Positions 17,703 through 27,423 of a DNA stretch of 64,000 nt are shown here, in pieces (position 1 is the stretch's first letter; the number at the start of each line of letters is the position of its first letter). A program made the translations under genes and the position numbers. The stretch spans positions 150,165 to 214,164 of the forward strand of contig QMIT01000009.1 in the NCBI GenBank assembly GCA_024434115.1, in the 5' to 3' direction. The notes beneath the pieces were generated by a model, which made no database searches, was not told where the DNA came from, and saw nothing but the letters and a program-made list of their open reading frames with translations. Source of the stretch: Chloroflexota bacterium. Its GTDB lineage: Bacteria; Chloroflexota; Anaerolineae; Aggregatilineales; J027.

Positions 17703-19268
17703 TTATTCAGGACATCCATCGGCGCTGGTACCAAACTCTGAGGGGCAGGCATCCGCATCATCGGTCAAACCATCACCATCGCTGTCAATCTCATCTCCCT
17801 CATCGCCAGTTTCGTCACCTGTTCCATCGTCGTTCGTGTCGTCAGCCCCTGTATCGTCCACATCGGTGTCATCACTGCCATTATCGCTGTTGTCCGTGTC
17901 CTCGGTGTCGGTGCTGCCCTCATCATCAGGAGTTTCGCCCTCGCTGCCAAATTCCTCACCCGTTGGACAACCATCCTCGCCAAAGCCAAATTCCTCGGGG
18001 CAGGTGTCCATATCGTCGGGCAGACCATCAAAATCACTATCGCCGCTGAATGATTCTTCCCAATCTAAGCAAAAGTCGGAGTCGTCGCCTGTGCAGAGGT
18101 CGCTGATTTCGCCGTAGTAGTCTCCGCACGACTCATCCCACTCATTTTCGCAGGTATAAAGAGCGGCATCTATACACCCATCATCAAACTCCTCGGTGCA
18201 GTCGAGCAGGTCAAAGAAATCCCATTCACTGGTATCCATGAGGCCGTCAAAATAAAATAAATCTTCGTCCAGCGACTCATCTTCGGATTCATAAGGATCA
18301 TCGGGTTCGGTGGGTTCGCCATCTTCAAACGGGATGCTAGTTTCTTCGCCATCTTCTACTTCAACCGTCTTGCCGCCCGACGTCACCACGACATTGCCCT
18401 GAATGTTGCGGACTACCAGATTACCATTTGGCCCATTGGTGTGAATTTGGGCCGTGCTGCCGATTTGAAGCTGAACATTATTGACCATGACCGTCGCGGT
18501 TTGGCCCGATTCGGTTTGTACCATCATGCCCGTTGGGATGGATTGACAGGCGGCCTCTTCATCCATGCGCAGGGTAAAAGATTGCATGGGGGCGTTCATT
18601 GGGCCGGAATTGCTGACAAGGGCTAACTGACCGGCATCACAAGTGGTGGTGACAAGACCAGCGCTAATCCATCCCCTCGGAGTATGCAGCCAATCGCCCG
18701 CGTCGTTACGACCATCTACTGGCAGGGTCGTGCCGGAGTCGAAAATATCCACGCCGGGGAAATTGGTGCCGGGGCCAGACCGAATATTCAGATTATCGCT
18801 GGTGTTGTTGGTGGCTTGGCAGGCGGCGTTATTGGAGGCCAACTGCACTTGATTGTTGATTTCAGTCCCGCCAAAAACCAAGACCGTCACATAGCCGTCG
18901 CTGTCATCCGGCAGGTCGGCTTGGAGGCGCATCATAGCAATGCCCCATTCGCCTGTGTTGGGGTCAATCGGGCGGGTGATGAGCGTTTCGACTTGATCCA
19001 CCCCGATAATATCCCCCTCGGATTCAAAAGTGAGGGAGGGATCACGCAGAATGGCGCTGATATTTTGGTAGCCGTAGCAGATTTCATTGCGCCCCAAATT
19101 AAGGCAGGTGTTGGCGACTTTTTGCAGCGCTTCTTGGACGAGTGGGTCACAGGCCGCATTTTGGGCATAGGTGGTCGGTGGGGTGGGGGCGATAGTGGGG
19201 ACGGTGGCGTAGAGTAAAGCCGCTACAAGGAGTCCTACCCCGGTCAGGCTGGCTAGGCGTTTCGTCAT
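17703..19268 (-). CDS. Secreted SH3-domain protein with very acidic C-terminus and TSP3-like Ca-binding repeats
   Basis: Signal peptide; LNIRSGPGTNF..GWISAGLV SH3b; DSDFDGLPDDMDTCP and DSDGDGLTDDADACP. Confidence 0.8.
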   Translation of the reverse strand: MTKRLASLTGVGLLVAALLYATVPTIAPTPPTTYAQNAACDPLVQEALQKVANTCLNLGRNEICYGYQNISAILRDPSLTFESEGDIIGVDQVETLITRPIDPNTGEWGIAMMRLQADLPDDSDGYVTVLVFGGTEINNQVQLASNNAACQATNNTSDNLNIRSGPGTNFPGVDIFDSGTTLPVDGRNDAGDWLHTPRGWISAGLVTTTCDAGQLALVSNSGPMNAPMQSFTLRMDEEAACQSIPTGMMVQTESGQTATVMVNNVQLQIGSTAQIHTNGPNGNLVVRNIQGNVVVTSGGKTVEVEDGEETSIPFEDGEPTEPDDPYESEDESLDEDLFYFDGLMDTSEWDFFDLLDCTEEFDDGCIDAALYTCENEWDESCGDYYGEISDLCTGDDSDFCLDWEESFSGDSDFDGLPDDMDTCPEEFGFGEDGCPTGEEFGSEGETPDDEGSTDTEDTDNSDNGSDDTDVDDTGADDTNDDGTGDETGDEGDEIDSDGDGLTDDADACPSEFGTSADGCPE

Positions 19269-19398
19269 GAATCAATCCTCGCTTTCAGGAGTTTTTTAAA
19301 GCAGGGTCATGCTGACGTTAATATAACCATGATATTTAAGTCATTATCGCATGGAAATTCGGGGCGGGGCAATTTCAAGGATTGGCGTGAAAAGAATT

Positions 19399-20100
19399 TC
19401 AACGAAAGAATGGATTGGGAATAACTTGAGCTTTGTAGATTATAAAATCTGTCATATCAATATCAGGCGACCACTTGCGCCCGTCCGGCAGAGTAGTAGT
19501 TATATCAAATTGAACACCCTCAAGTATGGCGCCATGCAAGTCTGCATTACGCAAGTCTGCGGTTTTTAAATTTGCTCCTCGTAAATCAGTCCCATTTAGC
19601 TTTGTGTTAACTAGATAGGCTTCACCTAGATTGGCGTTTTGGAGTTTGGCGTTGTGCAGATTCGCACCTTCTAAAACCGTGCCTTGTAAATCTGCCTTCA
19701 TTAGGTACGCATTTTCAAGCATTGCATTTGGGAGGATGCATTGCCTTAATGTGCCATCCTCAAGCCAACCCTTCCTTCGTAGTTGTTCGACTGCGCGGAT
19801 TACATCTTCATGAAGCTGGCTTTTCAATTGAAGGATAAGATTTTCTTTGAGTGTTTTCTCTGCCTCGATTTCTTTTTGTCTTTGCTCCGAACGCTCAAGA
19901 ATTTGAGCTAATAGCCAGTATGTTATCACAGCACCAATTAGCTCAGTCCCGAGATTTAATCCAAATGCCGATATATTTTCGCCTGATAAGAGGCTAAAGG
20001 CAGAAATTCCCAATCCGAAACTTACGAGGAATAACAAGATTTTCCAACGCAACCGCTCACTATAATTGATATTCCTCCATTTCAGCCTGAGTTTGTTCAT
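19399..20100 (-). CDS. Pentapeptide-repeat membrane protein
   Basis: Two N-terminal TM helices; ADLQG/ANLHN/ANLGE/TDLRG/ADLRN repeats; visibly AT-richer than its neighbours. Confidence 0.88.
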   Translation of the reverse strand: MNKLRLKWRNINYSERLRWKILLFLVSFGLGISAFSLLSGENISAFGLNLGTELIGAVITYWLLAQILERSEQRQKEIEAEKTLKENLILQLKSQLHEDVIRAVEQLRRKGWLEDGTLRQCILPNAMLENAYLMKADLQGTVLEGANLHNAKLQNANLGEAYLVNTKLNGTDLRGANLKTADLRNADLHGAILEGVQFDITTTLPDGRKWSPDIDMTDFIIYKAQVIPNPFFR

Positions 20101-20173
20101 ATGCCTTTTGCCTTTTCATTGATATTTGGAGAGGAGGCACTTTTATGTACCTCCCTCTTTCAGAATTGGATTT

Positions 20174-23100
20174 TTAGCACTCACTATACCCGCAGGTGTA
20201 GCAGTGCAAGCAGCCCTCTTCGCGCATCAGGGTGGATGTGCCGCATTCAGGGCAGATGTCGCCGATGTGCATATACTCCATATGCGACTTTTCTTCCGCC
20301 ACTGTACCGTTGCCATTTTCCGCTGGCAGGAGGGCCATTTGTTGGGTGGCCTTGCGTGGAATTTGGGGCAGCTTGTCGGCCTCAGAGGTGTCATCGAGAT
20401 ACTGCTGCAAGACTTGGGATACCGCGTCGGGCAGGCTGATGACTTTGTTGGGGCCAATGCCTAACTGCCGTCCACCGCCGATGCCCCCTAATTGGCGCAC
20501 AATTTGTTTGACACGGTTACGTGGGCTAACAGGCGAGGCCAGTCGCAAAACCAGCGAAACGAGGCGTCCTATCGCTTCTGAGACGGCAGCAATTTCCGAT
20601 CCTGCTTTGGAGGTGTGAATAAAGACCTCGAATGGCTGACCATGCCCCTCGCCGTTTTCATTGATGGTGATGTAGCTGGTGCCAGCCGGGGTTGGCATCC
20701 GATAGGTTTTGCCTTCTAGGTTGCTGGGGCGCGGCTTCTTGTCCTCATTAAACAATGGGAGGGGCTGCGGTGCGACTGTGGTGGCAGTTGTGGCGATAGG
20801 TGTTTCGCTCTGACCGCCTTCCTTCTTTTTCTTGGTTTCGGCGGTTTCCAAAACGACCACCTCGCGGCTACCCGTGACATAAACGGTCAAGCCCTTGCAA
20901 CCCAGTTTCCAACCGAGCAGATAGGCCGTGGCGACTTCTTCTTCCGTCGTGCCTGCCGGAAAATTCACGGTTTTCGAAATGGCATTATCAGTATGGGCTT
21001 GAAGTGCAGCCTGCATCCGAATGTGTTCTTCGGCGGTGATGTCACCAGCGGTCACAAACACGCGGCGGATGTTTTCGGGCACTTCGGGGATATTTTGGCA
21101 CGACCCTGTTTCGTTGACCTGCGCCACGATTTTATCAATGGTCGCTTGATCGAGTCCAGCTTGACGCAGCGCGTTTTCAAACAGGGGGCTAGTGTATTGC
21201 AGAGTGATTTTGGCATCGGTGTTGCCCGCGTTTTCATTGACATAACGCAGGTAGGCGAGGGCAAAAACGGGTTCGCAACCATAGGCCTCGCAGCCAGCAA
21301 CCGTAGCAATAGTACCCGTCGGAGCCACTGTCAGGGTTGCGCCATTGCGGATGCCATATTTCTTGAGGCCCTTTTCAATTTTCTTCCAATCCACCGTAGG
21401 CCGTCCCCAATCCGATTTGTGTTCGACGATGGGTTTGGGGGCTGTCCATTTGAGATCATGGGGATCATAGCGACTGCCTTCAATAGCGAGGAATGGCCCG
21501 CGCTCTTTGGCGAGTTCGATGCTGGTCTGCATGGCGTGATAGCGCACAAATTCCATGACCTGACTGGCGAATTCTTGGCCTTCAATCGAGCCGTAGCGGA
21601 TGCCGAGGTGGTACATCATATCGCCCAAGCCCATGATGCCCAATCCGATGCGGCGAACATTTTCGGCGGCTTCGCGCAATTGGGGAATGGCAGGTACATA
21701 GGCGTTGGCGGTCACTACGTCGTCCAAGAAACGGGTCGAGGTCGCCACCGATTCAGCTAGTTTTGCCCAGTCCACTTGACCGTCGTTCGTAATGTGTTGA
21801 CTTAGGTTCACCGACCCTAGACAGCAGTTTTCAAATGGCCCCAAAAATTGTTCACCACAGTTATGAACTACTATACCATTACTAATAAAAGAATGTGTTA
21901 CACATTCGGTCAGATCGAATACATCTTCAATGCCATCTTCGGTAATGGATTCGATGGTGGCGGTGAAGTGTTCGGAATATGGACCGCGTTTCGTTTGAAT
22001 TAGAGCGTTGAATAGCTGTTCTTGTTTGTAATCTACCAAGAAACCAATTTCATCCGCGAAACGAACGATATTCTGTTTAGAAATGACCAGTTCGTGCTGT
22101 GCTTCGCACCAATATTCTTGTAAGCCGCCTTTGCCATTTGGCATAGCACGATAACCTGCGTCTCGACGATTCCGATAGATTTTGCTGGCAATACCGAAGT
22201 TCAGAAGTAATTGTTGAACTCCTTCTAGCAAGCCCATCTCATTTGCAGCTAGTCGGACACTAATGCCTTTGTCGCCGCCATTTTGGAAACTACCATCGGC
22301 AGTAAATAACGCTTGCAGGAAGCCACGCTGCATGTCCTCCGAACCCTTAAATACCGTCTCTGGAACGCGGTGTTTGTTTTCGACCAATCCGTGTTCATCT
22401 GCGATTATCCGTAATCGCTCGGATTGCACACGTCCTTCATCGCGCTCGTCAATTTCAGTGACACCAACGATGTAGGTACGGGGTCTAGTGGTAAAGGGCA
22501 TTACCATTTCGTCAACATAGCCAGCAAACAATGGGGCAAGTTCGCGTTTTTCTTCACCAAAGAACGACAGCACAGCACGGACTTTGTTGATTGTTCCATC
22601 ACCAACCAACCAACCCAAGACACGCCCAACTTCCAGCGACCCTGATGTCCCGAAACCACCCTTACGGTTGAGAATATGAATCTTGTCTCCGGGATTCAAA
22701 TTCTGAAGTTCTATCCAGCCTTGCGGGGTCATAACCCGATGATCGGCAGTTGCACGCAGATAATAACCCTCTTTGGTCTGGAGGCGATAGACTTGCTTTG
22801 TGCCCGTCATAAAAACCCTTGTCGCTGGCATGATGACATTTTCCATGCCAAAACGACCATCTACAACTACATCAACACTTCTTTCATCGTCAAAAAGCTC
22901 TTCAGCACGATGGATGCCGTCGGATGTATAAATTAATGTATCTCCCGTAACACAGGGGTTGGTGCTTTCCAATTCGTACAGATGGGGGACGGGATTTTCG
23001 CGGTTGGCGGCATCCAAAAATAACACACCCGGTTCGCCGTTATGGTGGGCGTATTCGACAATCATCTTGAAGAGTTCACGTGCATCTACCGTTTCCCAAA

Positions 23101-25210
23101 CCTTGCCGTCTACGGGATTGACTAGGTCGAAGGTGCTACCGGATTCAACGGCGGACATAAATTCGTCCGTAATACCGATGCTAATATTAAAATTGGCAAT
23201 ATTGCCCTCAGTAGATTTGCATTTGATAAAATCTCGAATATCGGGGTGGTTGACTTTCAACACCGCCATATTCGCCCCACGACGGCTGTTATGACTGATG
23301 AGACCGTTGGCAATATAGGTGTGGTTTTCTTCGACTTCAATGTCTAGTGTTAGGGCCTCACCTGCGTCTTCGATTTCACTGACTGTCACAAACCATAAAT
23401 CATTCACGGGACGGGCATTCTCGCTGAATTCACTATACATTTCGCTGAGACGGGTATAACCGGAAAGAGTCAATTGGCGATCCCCGCGTGTGTACCGCAG
23501 GAGTTGTTTACGCAGGGTGGGCGAAGTAGCCCGGAAATTCTGGCCCATGCCGCGCCCACGTCCATCAATCTGTGGCTTGCGGGTAGCTTCAAGGACAGGC
23601 TCAATCCAATAATTGGCTTGAGGCAGTACATAGCTGACTTCACGGCTGAGGTCGGGTTGAAGATCGTAGCATACGGCAAAGCGGGAACGTTCATCGCAGC
23701 CAATTATGGCCTGCCAGTTTTGTAGGCCGATGAAGGAGTGAATTCGCAGACTCAAAACCGGATTAGTACCATAATGGGTTTCAGTCATTGGCATTTGGCG
23801 GATGCGAACAGGGCAGCCAAGCCCAATGAGCAAAGTGGATACTTCGTGAATTAGTGTTCTTGATGTGCTTAATAGATGTGGATAGCCATGTGAGATTGCA
23901 CCATCAGCCTCAAATAATCCACGCAAAAATGCCCCGACAATTTCCGATGGACTTTGGCGGATGAGACGCGGTACTGAGACTTGGGTGCTGCGAGCTTTAC
24001 CAAAGCCGTTCATCAGCATGAAATCTTTGATGGCTCGATTATCAATCACAAAAGTAACGGAGGCGTCATTTGCTTTTTGCTGGGTATGGATGTGAATGTC
24101 ATCGCCAAACAAGCGGTGCATCAGGGCTGGCATCTCGGTCATAAGATAATTGGTGTGAGCTACCGTTACCCCGATGCGATGATCTTGTTCACCTGCTGCC
24201 ACAAAACCATCCCCCACCAGATAGCCCAAGAAAAAGGCTAGTTCTTCATCCAAAATGGCAGGAAATTGGGGTATCACTTGGTTGCCATGTGAGCGTGTGG
24301 GGTGCAGCAGGGATTGGATTTGACCCTGATGCTGGCCCAATTTGACGAGAATAGCATCGCCGGGTTGGATTTCATCAAATCGTTTCCACGCAGGGCCATC
24401 GGCGGTCATGACCTTGAGTTTATGATTATACGTCCCTGTCAGACGCAAACCCTCTTCGGTTTTGATGCGGAGGACGGGTGCGACGCCGTTGTTATAACCC
24501 TGATAGGACATGCGTGGGCCTTCATCGGTACTCACGCGGAGTTCGTGGGGCAGCCAGCCTTTTTCATCGTGGCGCACAATTTCGTCCAGTCGCAGCAGAC
24601 CCTTCTCAGTAAATACAAGGGTGTCAGGCGTCAAACATCCGCCCTGCGCGATCTCCCCGAAGGCTTGGTCATAGACACGCAAAAATCCAATCGGGCCAGT
24701 TGCCGTTCCGTTTGAGGTTTTGACAATCGAGCCTTTGGGACGGAGGCGGCTGAACGAGAAGCCATTACCTCCGCCTGTCTGTTGAATCAAGGCAGCGTGG
24801 CGGAGTGTTTCAAAAATCCCCGACCCTGTGCGGCCCATATCGTCATCAATTTTGAGAACGAAACACGCGGCGAGTTGACCCAACGGCGTGCCCGCCCCAG
24901 TGAAAGTAGGGCTATTGGGGAAAAATTGTAATCCGGTCAATAAGTCATAAAATTTGCGTGCCCATTTTTCTACTTGGGCTTCATCTCCGCCGAGCGTCTT
25001 TTCCGCAAGGGCGACGTTATAGGCGACGCGCCAAAACATTTCTTCGACGGTTTCGACAGGTTTTCCATCCGGACCACGCCGCAGATACCGTTTTTTGAGA
25101 ACAGTCCGGGCATTTTCAGTTAGACCGATGTCGCGTTTGGCTAAATCTTCGGGCAGCGGGGTTTTGACAAATTCATGTGGGTCAGTTTTGGTGAGGCTCG
25201 TTGAACCCAT
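20174..25210 (-). CDS. nrdJ: Class II (adenosylcobalamin-dependent) ribonucleotide reductase precursor with two inteins; about 863 aa after splicing
   Basis: FPNSPT, QLAACFV, RRGANM, spliced TNP|[24 protein letters not shown]; C-terminal TSCPD-like domain and CxxC..CxxC Zn ribbon. Confidence 0.95.
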   Translation of the reverse strand: MGSTSLTKTDPHEFVKTPLPEDLAKRDIGLTENARTVLKKRYLRRGPDGKPVETVEEMFWRVAYNVALAEKTLGGDEAQVEKWARKFYDLLTGLQFFPNSPTFTGAGTPLGQLAACFVLKIDDDMGRTGSGIFETLRHAALIQQTGGGNGFSFSRLRPKGSIVKTSNGTATGPIGFLRVYDQAFGEIAQGGCLTPDTLVFTEKGLLRLDEIVRHDEKGWLPHELRVSTDEGPRMSYQGYNNGVAPVLRIKTEEGLRLTGTYNHKLKVMTADGPAWKRFDEIQPGDAILVKLGQHQGQIQSLLHPTRSHGNQVIPQFPAILDEELAFFLGYLVGDGFVAAGEQDHRIGVTVAHTNYLMTEMPALMHRLFGDDIHIHTQQKANDASVTFVIDNRAIKDFMLMNGFGKARSTQVSVPRLIRQSPSEIVGAFLRGLFEADGAISHGYPHLLSTSRTLIHEVSTLLIGLGCPVRIRQMPMTETHYGTNPVLSLRIHSFIGLQNWQAIIGCDERSRFAVCYDLQPDLSREVSYVLPQANYWIEPVLEATRKPQIDGRGRGMGQNFRATSPTLRKQLLRYTRGDRQLTLSGYTRLSEMYSEFSENARPVNDLWFVTVSEIEDAGEALTLDIEVEENHTYIANGLISHNSRRGANMAVLKVNHPDIRDFIKCKSTEGNIANFNISIGITDEFMSAVESGSTFDLVNPVDGKVWETVDARELFKMIVEYAHHNGEPGVLFLDAANRENPVPHLYELESTNPCVTGDTLIYTSDGIHRAEELFDDERSVDVVVDGRFGMENVIMPATRVFMTGTKQVYRLQTKEGYYLRATADHRVMTPQGWIELQNLNPGDKIHILNRKGGFGTSGSLEVGRVLGWLVGDGTINKVRAVLSFFGEEKRELAPLFAGYVDEMVMPFTTRPRTYIVGVTEIDERDEGRVQSERLRIIADEHGLVENKHRVPETVFKGSEDMQRGFLQALFTADGSFQNGGDKGISVRLAANEMGLLEGVQQLLLNFGIASKIYRNRRDAGYRAMPNGKGGLQEYWCEAQHELVISKQNIVRFADEIGFLVDYKQEQLFNALIQTKRGPYSEHFTATIESITEDGIEDVFDLTECVTHSFISNGIVVHNCGEQFLGPFENCCLGSVNLSQHITNDGQVDWAKLAESVATSTRFLDDVVTANAYVPAIPQLREAAENVRRIGLGIMGLGDMMYHLGIRYGSIEGQEFASQVMEFVRYHAMQTSIELAKERGPFLAIEGSRYDPHDLKWTAPKPIVEHKSDWGRPTVDWKKIEKGLKKYGIRNGATLTVAPTGTIATVAGCEAYGCEPVFALAYLRYVNENAGNTDAKITLQYTSPLFENALRQAGLDQATIDKIVAQVNETGSCQNIPEVPENIRRVFVTAGDITAEEHIRMQAALQAHTDNAISKTVNFPAGTTEEEVATAYLLGWKLGCKGLTVYVTGSREVVVLETAETKKKKEGGQSETPIATTATTVAPQPLPLFNEDKKPRPSNLEGKTYRMPTPAGTSYITINENGEGHGQPFEVFIHTSKAGSEIAAVSEAIGRLVSLVLRLASPVSPRNRVKQIVRQLGGIGGGRQLGIGPNKVISLPDAVSQVLQQYLDDTSEADKLPQIPRKATQQMALLPAENGNGTVAEEKSHMEYMHIGDICPECGTSTLMREEGCLHCYTCGYSEC
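21860..22954 (-). mobile_element. Intein 2 (365 aa) with LAGLIDADG homing endonuclease, inserted at NP|CGE
   Basis: Begins CVTGDT, ends IVVHN with +1 Cys; LGWLVGDG and [10 protein letters not shown] blocks; in frame. Confidence 0.95.
23288..24637 (-). mobile_element. Intein 1 (450 aa) with LAGLIDADG homing endonuclease, inserted at QGG|SRRGA
   Basis: Begins CLTPDT, ends LISHN with +1 Ser; LGYLVGDG and [10 protein letters not shown] blocks; in frame. Confidence 0.95.
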
Positions 25211-25360
25211 AACGTTTCATCTCCTTCGTTTTGCATGACTACTATGATTAATAGGGGTAGTCAATTAAGTGATCCATTAAGATGCTTATAGACAAAAACA
25301 CGGGGTCATGTCGGTTTTTTCGCACCACCCCGTGTTCGTAAAGGACTTCGGTTGGTGCGC

Positions 25361-25846
25361 TTAGGGGGTTTTGTTGCCCTTCTTGGAAGGCTGACCCCCG
25401 GCCAGCATGTGGTCAATCTCCCGCTGCACACTTTCGAGGTTGTCTAAACCGAGATAGACAATGGCATAACGTAGGTAGGCAATCAGATCGAGCGCTTTTA
25501 AGCCTTCAATAACCATATCTCCAACCACCCGGCTGGACACTTCGGCACGACCCATCTGCTGAAGATTTTGTTCAATGTGATCCACCATCTTATCAATTTC
25601 AGTGGCGGAGATGGGGCGCTTGGCAGTGGCAATGCGAATCCCGCGCAGCAGTTTTTCGCGGTCAAATTCTTCACGATCCCCATTGCCTTTGATGAGTAGG
25701 GGGGTCTGGATGATGGCGCGTTCGAGTGTGCTAAACCGTTTGCCACAGACCTCACATTCACGGCGGCGGCGAATTCCCCCGCGTTGGTCTGGGCCAGTAT
25801 CCAGCACTCGACTTTGATTGATAACCCCACAATATGGACAGCGCAT
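25361..25846 (-). CDS. nrdR: Transcriptional repressor NrdR
   Basis: MRCPYCG..SRVLDT..IRRRRECEVCGKRFSTLE, ATP-cone, YLRYAIVY; true start is ATG at 25846. Confidence 0.96.
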   Translation of the reverse strand: MRCPYCGVINQSRVLDTGPDQRGGIRRRRECEVCGKRFSTLERAIIQTPLLIKGNGDREEFDREKLLRGIRIATAKRPISATEIDKMVDHIEQNLQQMGRAEVSSRVVGDMVIEGLKALDLIAYLRYAIVYLGLDNLESVQREIDHMLAGGQPSKKGNKTP

Positions 25847-25945
25847 ATATCCTACTCGGTTTAATGATTCTGAATTTTTTCTAACGACATCTGACCTAAA
25901 AAATGGAAAAAATATCACACTCCGCCATGTCTCGAGGGTCACGTA

Positions 25946-25992
25946 CCCCCATATATGGTGGTTGCCACTTTTATAAACACTGTATATGGTGT
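25946..25992 (-). promoter_or_regulatory. Tandem NrdR boxes
   Basis: Minus strand CCACCATATATGGGGG (25946-25961) and ACACCATATACAGTGT (25977-25992) match acaCwAtATaTwGtgt; starts are 31 bp apart. Confidence 0.82.
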
Positions 25993-26405
25993 TTTGATTG
26001 ACCACTACTCTATCACATGCACACCTGTTCCAGAAACAGGACTTGGGTACTAGTGCGAGGTAAAATTTGGTTTGTAAATGCGAAAAAGGTTATGGTTAAG
26101 GCGCTTTAACGTCAACCTTAAAATTTTCAGATAAGGGCCAGTTATATGGAAAAAATCAACTTCATTGGACTTGCCAGATAAACAATCGTCCTGCGCTGAA
26201 AGTTAGAATTTGGTTTGTTTGAAGGCGGGTAGATTTTATAACTCAGTAGGCGGGTTGCTTTTACTTGTTTTGGACAAAAAACTTGGGTATCATTGAATTA
26301 TGCAAATAAACATTAGAAAAATTCCAAATTTGTAACTCGCCTGTAATTTTTGATTGATAATGTAGTCCAATAGATAGCCTTTTTTCCTGTGGATGGAACA
26401 AGAAC

Positions 26406-27386
26406 ATGCCCCTAGATCGCTTTGGACGCAATATCCAATATCTGCGTGTCTCGCTCACCGACAAGTGCAATCTGCGTTGTGTATATTGTATGCCGGAGGA
26501 TATTGTTTTCCGGCCCAGCGCCGAATTGATGCAGGATGACGAGGTGATTTTGCTACTGCGTTTGTTTGCCGACCTAGGTTTCAGCAAATATCGCTTGACC
26601 GGGGGTGAACCTACCATTCGCGCCAACATTGTGGATATTGTGCGAGAATTGCGGCAGATGGATGGCGTCCAGCAAATTGGGATGACGACCAACGGCGTGC
26701 TGCTTTCCCGTTTGGCCCAACCCCTCAAAGAAGCAGGTTTGGATCGGGTCAATATCAGTGTAGATACCCTTGACCCCGACAAATTTCACCGCATCACACG
26801 CTGGGGAAAATTGGAGGATGTGTGGAATGGGATTCTCGCATCCGAGGAAGCTGGCCTAACCCCATTGAAGCTGAACGCGGTGGTAGTACGAGGGTTTAAT
26901 GACGACGATATTCCCTCACTGGCCGAACTCACGATAGAGCATGATTGGCAGTTCCGTTTTATTGAAATGATGCCGTTTGCCGATGTTGCCGAGTTTGCCC
27001 AACAGCAAATTGTAACGGATGTTGAAATCCGCCAGCGGATTGAGGATGCGCTCGGCCCGTTGGAACTGGTGGATAATGGTAAATTGGATGGCGAAGCGCG
27101 ACTTTATAGATTACCGGGTGCGCGTGGCACGATTGGCTTGATTAGCAGTGTGACCGAACCCTTCTGTGCCAGTTGTAACCGGGCGCGGTTGACGGCAGAT
27201 GGGGTGCTGCGGTTGTGTCTGCTGCGCGACAAAGAGGTAGATTTGCTGACGCCTTTGCGTCAGGGGGCCACCTTAGAAGACCTCAAACAGATGATTTTGG
27301 ACGGTATCTGGCACAAGCCGTGGGGCCACGACCTCGATAATAATATCATTCCCCTTACCCGTGTGATGAGCCAGATTGGGGGGTAG
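26406..27386 (+). CDS. moaA: GTP 3',8-cyclase
   Basis: YLRVSLTDKCNLRCVYC, RLTGGEP, FCASCNRARLTADG, C-terminal MSQIGG. Confidence 0.97.
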   Translation: MPLDRFGRNIQYLRVSLTDKCNLRCVYCMPEDIVFRPSAELMQDDEVILLLRLFADLGFSKYRLTGGEPTIRANIVDIVRELRQMDGVQQIGMTTNGVLLSRLAQPLKEAGLDRVNISVDTLDPDKFHRITRWGKLEDVWNGILASEEAGLTPLKLNAVVVRGFNDDDIPSLAELTIEHDWQFRFIEMMPFADVAEFAQQQIVTDVEIRQRIEDALGPLELVDNGKLDGEARLYRLPGARGTIGLISSVTEPFCASCNRARLTADGVLRLCLLRDKEVDLLTPLRQGATLEDLKQMILDGIWHKPWGHDLDNNIIPLTRVMSQIGG

Positions 27387-27390
27387 CAAT

Positions 27391-27421
27391 AAAAAAGCGG
27401 GCATTTGATACCCGCCTTTGT
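27391..27421. terminator. Bidirectional intrinsic terminator
   Basis: AAAAAAGCGGG-catttgata-CCCGCCTTTG between moaA and accC. Confidence 0.72.
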
Positions 27422-27423
27422 TG

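Noticed and set aside
25211-25360. Cobalamin riboswitch upstream of B12-dependent nrdJ
   Set aside because: Too short, with no B12-box or GGGAA/GCCACTG elements; only simple hairpins
26006-26405. Moco riboswitch upstream of moaA
   Set aside because: AT-rich region with no conserved multi-stem structure that I could identify; an Infernal scan would settle it
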